A stretch of DNA of 64,000 bases from contig NC_042998.1 of assembly GCF_006345805.1 (NCBI RefSeq), forward strand, positions 195,052,001 through 195,116,000, written 5' to 3'. The DNA is from Octopus sinensis (lineage: Eukaryota). The translations under genes and the position numbers were made by a program. The notes below the pieces were generated by a model that saw only the letters and a program-made list of their open reading frames with translations, had not been told where the DNA came from and made no database searches. The stretch's first letter is position 1. The number at the start of each line of letters is the position of its first letter. Shown piece by piece: positions 63,322-64,000 of the stretch.

Positions 63322-63501
63322 ATTATTATTATTTTCCTGTATTTTATCTCCCTCTCAAGGTCAGATATGTATATATATGTAATTGACGATAAAGATGGGA
63401 AATATACTGTAAAGGGAGCAGAGAGTGCAACGGCTCAGCTAAACATGGAGAGGTCCAAGGATGAACCAGTATTCAGCGGGATTTACATACAGAAAATACA
63501 G
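782..63501 (+). CDS. Cad87A: Partial multi-exon gene (22 exons in window) for a long non-classical cadherin, Cadherin-87A-like (CDH23/PCDH15 group); N-terminus and TM/cytoplasmic part outside the window
   Basis: 22 GT-AG exons join in one open frame with matching phases (3457 nt). Repeated cadherin motifs (DxNDNxP, A-x-D-x-D, LDYE/LDRE). The CxxPGxxPCLDYE loop in the first exon recalls arthropod Cad87A. C-terminal non-EC domain. Orthology is from recalled motifs, not a search. Confidence 0.8.
1314..1724 (+). mobile_element. tRNA-derived SINE family A (CORE-like segment, internal TA/TG microsatellite, AAAAGAGT tail)
   Basis: A-box/B-box-like head (tggctgtgtggt...gggttcagtcc), cttgggcaagt CORE-like motif; near-identical copies at 26526, 33344, 50408, 57380. 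Confidence 0.85.
2609..2754 (+). CDS. Cadherin exon 2 ([15 protein letters not shown]...FAINPDTG...ARNDA)
   Basis: ttattcag| and |gtaagt; TDSD and FxINPxTG motifs; phase 0 to phase 2. Confidence 0.9.
2834..3380 (+). mobile_element. 3' end of a restriction-like-endonuclease non-LTR retrotransposon (HERO/R2-group-like)
   Basis: 2834..2956 translates to [30 protein letters not shown], matching my recollection of the EAxExASxWIWLKR C-terminus; GC-richer putative 3' UTR follows. Confidence 0.55.
3654..3952 (+). mobile_element. Non-autonomous Helitron (subfamily 1)
   Basis: Inserted between A and T, 5' TC, 3' CTAG, subterminal hairpin cccgagcaacgccggg, no TSD; further copies at 11350, 13662, 60052. 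Confidence 0.88.
4158..4227 (+). CDS. Cadherin exon 3 ([24 protein letters not shown])
   Basis: tttctag| and |gtaagt; completes the split TA+C Tyr codon; VTDG motif. Confidence 0.9.
4300..4519 (-). mobile_element. SINE family D
   Basis: Multi-copy; core gtcgactttgcctttcatcctttcggggtcga (Nin/Deu-domain-like, from recall) with a tRNA-like head. Confidence 0.8.
5310..5694 (-). mobile_element. Full-length tRNA-derived SINE family C
   Basis: tRNA-like head (tggcccagtggttagggc...ggtttcgattccc); 12-bp TSD tattcatactat at 5298 and 5695. Confidence 0.92.
6279..7524 (-). mobile_element. 5'-truncated CR1-clade LINE with frameshifted reverse transcriptase
   Basis: [16 protein letters not shown], GVPQGSVxGPLLF, LFADD and [10 protein letters not shown] motifs across three frames; (TTAAC)n tail. 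Confidence 0.92.
8113..8342 (-). mobile_element. CR1-like LINE 3' end (diverged), (ATT)n tail
   Basis: Shares gtgcacctgagcactgta and the ATT tail with the copies at 29876, 54049, 62584. Confidence 0.7.
9059..9131 (+). CDS. Cadherin exon 4 ([24 protein letters not shown])
   Basis: ttgcag| and |gtaaac; DxNxxxP linker; phase 0 to 1. Confidence 0.88.
9180..9406. repeat. (CA)n microsatellite
   Basis: Direct reading. Confidence 0.97.
9464..10079 (+). mobile_element. Non-coding Penelope-like/retrozyme-like insertion with 124-bp terminal direct repeat (492-bp period) in (TA)n
   Basis: 9464..9587 matches 9956..10079; both flanks are (TA)n; internal hammerhead motif; no ORF. Confidence 0.75.
9851..9955 (+). 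ncRNA. Type I hammerhead ribozyme motif
   Basis: Stem I tttcttg/caagaaa (7 bp); CUGAAGA 9858-9864; stem II atctg/cagat; GAAA 9933-9936; short stem III cgg-tgaa-tcg; GUA cleavage triplet ending at 9948. Confidence 0.8.
10110..10850. repeat. Two tandem copies (371-bp period) of an AT-rich fold-back element with ~118-bp inverted arms
   Basis: Arms about 10191..10309 and 10327..10443, repeated at +371; separated by (TA)n. Confidence 0.85.
11122..11303 (+). CDS. Cadherin exon 5 ([26 protein letters not shown]...[12 protein letters not shown])
   Basis: ttcacag| and |gtaagt; ATDLD and FDYE motifs; phase 1 to 0. Confidence 0.93.
11350..11747 (+). mobile_element. Non-autonomous Helitron (subfamily 1, with internal duplication)
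   Basis: A|TC...hairpin...CTAG|T. Confidence 0.88.
12571..12852. repeat. Diverged third copy of the AT-rich fold-back element
   Basis: aattagagataaaaccactattaggcaactcaaaca and its reverse complement about 100 bp later. Confidence 0.75.
12856..14445 (+). mobile_element. Head-to-tail Helitron cluster: 12856..13661 (no own 3' end), 13662..14056 (subfamily 1), 14057..14445 (subfamily 2)
   Basis: TC starts at 12856 and 13662; hairpin+CTAG at 14056; degenerate hairpin+CTGG at 14445. Confidence 0.75.
14583..14709 (+). CDS. Cadherin exon 6 ([29 protein letters not shown]...VKE)
   Basis: ttttag| and |gtaagt; AxDxGxPxLS and DFND motifs; phase 0 to 1. Confidence 0.93.
14847..15283 (-). mobile_element. 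RTE LINE 3' UTR copy (family B) with internal ~60-bp VNTR and (GAT)n tail
   Basis: Same sequence as the 3' part of the ORF-linked copy at 48494..49300. Confidence 0.8.
15552..15765 (+). mobile_element. SINE family D (diverged)
   Basis: Homologous to the other family D copies. Confidence 0.75.
15804..15946 (+). CDS. Cadherin exon 7 ([26 protein letters not shown]...DFDYT)
   Basis: ttacag| and |gtaagt; AYDAD motif; phase 1 to 0. Confidence 0.92.
16154..16758 (-). mobile_element. SINE family D with its 3' 184 bp tandemly triplicated
   Basis: Unit starts at about 16154, 16344 and 16528. Confidence 0.88.
17927..18314 (+). mobile_element. SINE family C head with an alternative 3' half and (CAA)n tail
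   Basis: First ~190 bp match family C, then diverge; flanked by CAA repeats. Confidence 0.8.
18379..18508 (+). CDS. Cadherin exon 8 ([21 protein letters not shown]...[12 protein letters not shown])
   Basis: ctttcag| and |gtgagt; FxxDPxTG and LNRD motifs; phase 0 to 1. Confidence 0.92.
18624..18908 (+). mobile_element. CR1-like LINE 3' end, (ATT)n tail
   Basis: Matches the 3' part of the copy at 29876..30543. Confidence 0.85.
19122..19465 (-). mobile_element. RTE LINE 3' UTR copy (family B)
   Basis: Conserved ctggatgcccttcctaacgccaacc core and CAT repeats. Confidence 0.8.
20575..20807 (+). mobile_element. SINE family D nested in an old RTE 3' end (about 20460..21125, - strand, RKTWDEV motif)
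   Basis: Family D homology; flanking degenerate family B sequence on both sides. Confidence 0.75.
21173..21382 (+). CDS. Cadherin exon 9 ([17 protein letters not shown]...NAIDDDG...YFVANK)
   Basis: ttttcag|; donor aag|gtttgc is weaker but gives the phase 1 needed by the next exon. Confidence 0.88.
21810..22632 (+). mobile_element. AT-rich Penelope-like fragment with inverted 5' segment and degenerate hammerhead
   Basis: Inverted arms 21810..21842 / 21994..22026; hammerhead-like motif 22118..22238; end motif tttattccctaatatt shared with 9430 and (reversed) 10110. Confidence 0.6.
22118..22238 (+). ncRNA. Minimal hammerhead ribozyme motif with G12>A substitution (probably inactive)
   Basis: ttgac-CTGAAGA-gtgactg...cagccac-AAAA-cacgtg-TA-gtcaa; palindromic stem III. 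Confidence 0.6.
22652..22978. repeat. Fold-back insertion in (TA)n with ~110-bp imperfect inverted arms (22741..22978)
   Basis: atacaaaatttagaggattgacc... and ...ggtcaatcctctaaattttgtat; terminus related (reverse complement) to 31290..31355. Confidence 0.8.
24065..24222 (+). CDS. Cadherin exon 10 ([12 protein letters not shown]...[11 protein letters not shown])
   Basis: gttag| and |gtaagt; IDFE and NINDNNP motifs. Confidence 0.92.
24720..25150 (+). mobile_element. Highly decayed LINE (RTE-like) apurinic endonuclease fragment
   Basis: CYxS/PT-like and LIGGNFNA (GDFNA-like) motifs in broken frames. Confidence 0.5.
25192..25675. mobile_element. Two adjacent piggyBac-type MITEs (25192..25417 and 25441..25675)
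   Basis: TTAA on both sides of each; TIR ccctttcgttac/gtaacgaaaggg; internal homology between copies. Confidence 0.88.
25935..26084 (+). CDS. Cadherin exon 11 ([14 protein letters not shown]...ASDVDKG...IDTFT)
   Basis: tttcag| and |gtaaga; EEN and ASDVD motifs; symmetric phase 0. Confidence 0.93.
26526..26915 (-). mobile_element. SINE family A
   Basis: Reverse complement of 1314..1724. Confidence 0.88.
27001..28200 (+). mobile_element. Two SINE family A copies (27001..27270 partial; 27505..28200 interrupted by a - strand family B copy at 27663..27947)
   Basis: Homology to family A and family B. Confidence 0.78.
28440..28679 (-). mobile_element. Older tRNA-derived CORE-like SINE
   Basis: Reverse strand shows a tRNA-like head, tcttgagcaagacacttca and a ctttact-type tail. 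Confidence 0.6.
29876..30543 (+). mobile_element. CR1-like LINE 3' fragment (ORF2 C-terminus, 3' UTR, (ATT)n)
   Basis: [15 protein letters not shown]...LEAIQRRAT...TRGH...[10 protein letters not shown]. Confidence 0.92.
30562..30684 (+). CDS. Cadherin exon 12 ([15 protein letters not shown]...AYDSPG...STVP)
   Basis: atttag| and |gtgagt; LDRE motif. Confidence 0.92.
30997..31368 (+). mobile_element. Penelope-like fragment in (TA)n with 79-bp inverted arms and the 3' half of a hammerhead
   Basis: Arms 30997..31075 / 31178..31256 (1 mismatch); GAAA-caattg-TA at 31081..31092. Confidence 0.65.
31377..32270 (-). mobile_element. Three stacked RTE 3' UTR (family B) copies with (CAT)n tracts
   Basis: Copies start near 31377, 31741 and 31950. 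Confidence 0.8.
32440..32620 (+). CDS. Cadherin exon 13 ([15 protein letters not shown]...[10 protein letters not shown]...GDPG)
   Basis: tttgcag| and |gtgagt; DQNDNAP and AKDAD motifs; phase 0 to 1. Confidence 0.94.
32699..33085 (-). mobile_element. Full-length SINE family C
   Basis: 14-bp TSD caggtagataggta at 32685 and 33086. Confidence 0.92.
33344..33762 (+). mobile_element. SINE family A
   Basis: Near-identical to 1314..1724. Confidence 0.88.
33950..34760. repeat. ~800-bp imperfect (CCA)n tract
   Basis: Direct reading; intronic, ends about 30 nt before the exon 14 acceptor. Confidence 0.95.
34790..34995 (+). CDS. Cadherin exon 14 ([13 protein letters not shown]...KGISSPPAW...INVLE)
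   Basis: ccacag| with CTAAT branch-like motif at 34761; |gtaagt; cadherin beta-strand pattern; phases match neighbours. Confidence 0.88.
35216..35412 (-). mobile_element. RTE LINE 3' end encoding a C-terminal C2H2-like motif
   Basis: Minus strand reads [11 protein letters not shown]...[22 protein letters not shown], then a short UTR and (CAT)n. Confidence 0.75.
35520..35748 (-). mobile_element. SINE family D
   Basis: Homology to the other copies. Confidence 0.85.
35873..36547 (+). mobile_element. RTE 3' UTR (family B) with four ~129-bp higher-order VNTR units
   Basis: cgttacca unit starts near 35875, 36004, 36133 and 36263; conserved 3' end and (GAT)n. Confidence 0.85.
37012..37126. mobile_element. 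Small mariner-type MITE
   Basis: Imperfect TIRs tatgcaagggttgactgaaaag / cttttcagcccacccttgaata. Confidence 0.55.
37958..38190 (+). mobile_element. SINE family D
   Basis: Homology to the other copies. Confidence 0.85.
38422..38616 (+). CDS. Cadherin exon 15 ([19 protein letters not shown]...[10 protein letters not shown])
   Basis: tttcag| and |gtaaga; FYINPLTG and FDRE motifs. Confidence 0.93.
38660..39053 (-). mobile_element. RTE LINE 5' UTR fragment
   Basis: Minus strand reads cgtggtgggg...agagctatgccgtcggga...ggtagggccacccaaggcgga, the RTE 5' end motif as I recall it; GC-rich island. Confidence 0.6.
39255..46183. repeat. 6.9-kb tandem array of a 45-bp unit (about 154 copies): atttgtataagtaaaatttcttta[a/g]tgtggaggactttgtagtcc
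   Basis: Direct reading; highly homogeneous, one recurrent A/G variant, scattered 1-bp indels; no spacers. Confidence 0.98.
46232..46339 (+). CDS. Cadherin exon 16 ([36 protein letters not shown])
   Basis: attgcag| and |gtaagt; DVNDNKP motif; an alternative in-frame CAG lies 6 nt downstream. Confidence 0.9.
46510..46800 (-). mobile_element. Decayed RTE ORF C-terminal fragment
   Basis: Minus strand gives [23 protein letters not shown], like the ILQGTVEGxRxRGR motif. Confidence 0.5.
48113..48233 (+). CDS. Cadherin exon 17 ([17 protein letters not shown]...[15 protein letters not shown])
   Basis: tttacag| and |gtgagt; ASDSD motif; phase 0 to 1. Confidence 0.91.
48494..49300 (+). mobile_element. 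RTE LINE 3' fragment: ORF C-terminus plus VNTR-containing 3' UTR plus (GAT)n (parent of family B)
   Basis: [29 protein letters not shown] at 48496..48600 is continuous with the family B sequence. Confidence 0.8.
49378..49601 (+). mobile_element. SINE family D
   Basis: Homology to the other copies. Confidence 0.85.
49665..49928 (+). CDS. Cadherin exon 18 ([15 protein letters not shown]...VDRD...[16 protein letters not shown])
   Basis: tttccag| and |gtaagt; VDRD and DVNDEVP motifs; phase 1 to 1. Confidence 0.93.
50408..50864 (-). mobile_element. SINE family A
   Basis: Reverse complement of the family A consensus. Confidence 0.88.
51200..51721. repeat. Pyrimidine-rich (CCT)n-type low-complexity tract
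   Basis: Direct reading. Confidence 0.93.
51899..52170 (+). CDS. Cadherin exon 19, last EC repeat (CISTEDG...KAIDKD...DTAKGL)
   Basis: aatcag| and |gtgagt; AIDKD motif; phase 1 to 0. Confidence 0.9.
52393..53669 (-). mobile_element. Full-length (~1.28 kb) mariner DNA transposon
   Basis: ~27-bp TIRs tca[a/g]gtcatcccataagttctgtctga, TA on both sides, internal transposase remnants. Confidence 0.95.
52468..53485 (-). pseudogene. Mariner (D,D34D) transposase pseudogene
   Basis: [19 protein letters not shown]..., [35 protein letters not shown]; in-frame stop and frameshifts. Confidence 0.92.
54049..54573 (+). mobile_element. CR1-like LINE 3' fragment
   Basis: Near-identical to 29990..30540. Confidence 0.9.
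54575..54797 (+). mobile_element. RTE 3' UTR (family B) inserted in the (ATT)n tail of the CR1 copy
   Basis: ATT repeats on both sides; family B core. Confidence 0.82.
55283..55775 (-). mobile_element. RTE 3' UTR (family B)
   Basis: Family B core plus VNTR units. Confidence 0.82.
56093..56245. repeat. Short minisatellite, about 3 copies of ~48 bp (gagattcgccagaggggcagggccaacccataacattaca)
   Basis: Direct reading. Confidence 0.85.
56329..56417 (+). CDS. Cadherin exon 20, start of membrane-adjacent domain ([14 protein letters not shown]...PQIK)
   Basis: ttttccag| and |gtaagt; open frame; phase 0 to 2 fits both neighbours. Confidence 0.82.
56804..57190 (-). mobile_element. Full-length SINE family C
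   Basis: 11-bp TSD tagtgtgttgt at 56793 and 57191. Confidence 0.92.
57380..57814 (+). mobile_element. SINE family A
   Basis: Near-identical to 1314..1724. Confidence 0.9.
58108..58510 (-). mobile_element. RTE 3' UTR (family B)
   Basis: Family B core and VNTR. Confidence 0.8.
58656..58745 (+). CDS. Cadherin exon 21 ([30 protein letters not shown])
   Basis: ttatag| and |gtaagt; phase 2 to 2; pattern resembles membrane-adjacent domains. Confidence 0.8.
59411..59633 (-). mobile_element. SINE family D
   Basis: Homology to the other copies. Confidence 0.82.
59836..60036 (-). mobile_element. Mariner-derived MITE retaining the transposase C-terminus
   Basis: ~30-bp TIRs tacaaggggttgctgaaaagttcttggcttt / aaagctaagaacttttcagcattccctcgta; internal [22 protein letters not shown]. 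Confidence 0.8.
60052..60515 (+). mobile_element. Chimeric non-autonomous Helitron (subfamily 1 5' part + subfamily 2 3' part)
   Basis: A|TC...hairpin...CTAG|T; 60052..60330 matches the 3654 copy; 60331..60490 matches 14262..14420. Confidence 0.85.
60804..61552 (-). mobile_element. Possible further Helitron-like non-autonomous element
   Basis: caaatttgagtgcaatc and (caga)n...ttttat end typical of such elements; termini degenerate. Confidence 0.4.
61555..61836 (+). mobile_element. RTE 3' UTR (family B)
   Basis: Matches the 3' part of 35873..36547. Confidence 0.82.
62584..63228 (+). mobile_element. CR1-like LINE 3' fragment
   Basis: Homologous to 29876..30543, (ATT)n tail. Confidence 0.9.
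63360..63501 (+). CDS. Cadherin exon 22 ([14 protein letters not shown]...IYIQKIQ)
   Basis: pyrimidine tract then ctcaag|; |gtatgt; completes the split TG+G Trp codon. Confidence 0.8.
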
Positions 63502-63880
63502 GTATGTTGTAATAATTATACTGTTCTTCTGATTAGATAAATGTTTTAATTAATAAAAATAAATATATAAAGGAATAATAAATCTCTGAACGAGATGTAA
63601 ACAGTAACCCCTCGACAATGTAAAGTATACTAGCCATAGGTTTACGAGAGAGGGATGACTTCTCTTTGCAAATACCATAAGAGCACAGAAAGTGTGCCTA
63701 AAGCCAGCTGGAGACGATGATCTCCTGGGGCTAAAAGCTACAGTAACACCCGCCCTTAGTGGTTAGCCATATTGAGATGGCTAGTATACTTTACGTTAAA
63801 TATATAAAAATATAAAATAATGAGCCAAAAATGAGATGATAGAAACAGCACCTAGATTTCATTCAAATGACATCCTATCA

Positions 63881-64000
63881 TTAACCCTTTTGTTACCAAC
63901 CCGGCTGAAACCGGTTCTGGCTCTTTAGTACAAATGTCTTGTTTTCATAAGTTTTGAATTCAAATCTTCCACCAAACCTTAGTCACAATTTATGTTCTTA
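63881..64000. mobile_element. piggyBac-type MITE, cut by the window end
   Basis: TTAA-cccttttgttaccaacccgg..., homologous to the 25192 copy. Confidence 0.85.

Overview
Eukaryotic, AT-rich and very repeat-dense genomic DNA. The SINE/LINE repertoire and microsatellite load suggest an octopus (coleoid cephalopod) genome; this is an inference. The whole window lies inside one + strand multi-exon gene for a long non-classical cadherin, most like Cadherin-87A and the CDH23/PCDH15 group. I traced 22 consecutive GT-AG exons (782..63501; 3457 nt, about 1152 codons) whose intron phases all match. They encode one partial and nine complete cadherin repeats followed by a non-EC membrane-adjacent domain. 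The start codon, transmembrane segment and stop lie outside the window. The introns hold several tRNA-derived SINE families, CR1/RTE/HERO-like LINE fragments, a decayed full-length mariner, mariner- and piggyBac-type MITEs, non-autonomous Helitrons, Penelope-like fold-back insertions and a 6.9-kb array of a 45-bp unit. The most notable non-obvious signal is an apparently intact type I hammerhead ribozyme (9851..9955) inside a 492-nt, terminally redundant, non-coding Penelope/retrozyme-like element, with two further degenerate or partial hammerheads elsewhere. Other highlights are the 45-bp array ending 48 nt before a splice acceptor, a composite Helitron carrying a piggyBac left end, and a probable calcium-free cadherin linker. 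All calls were made by eye, without searches or folding software.
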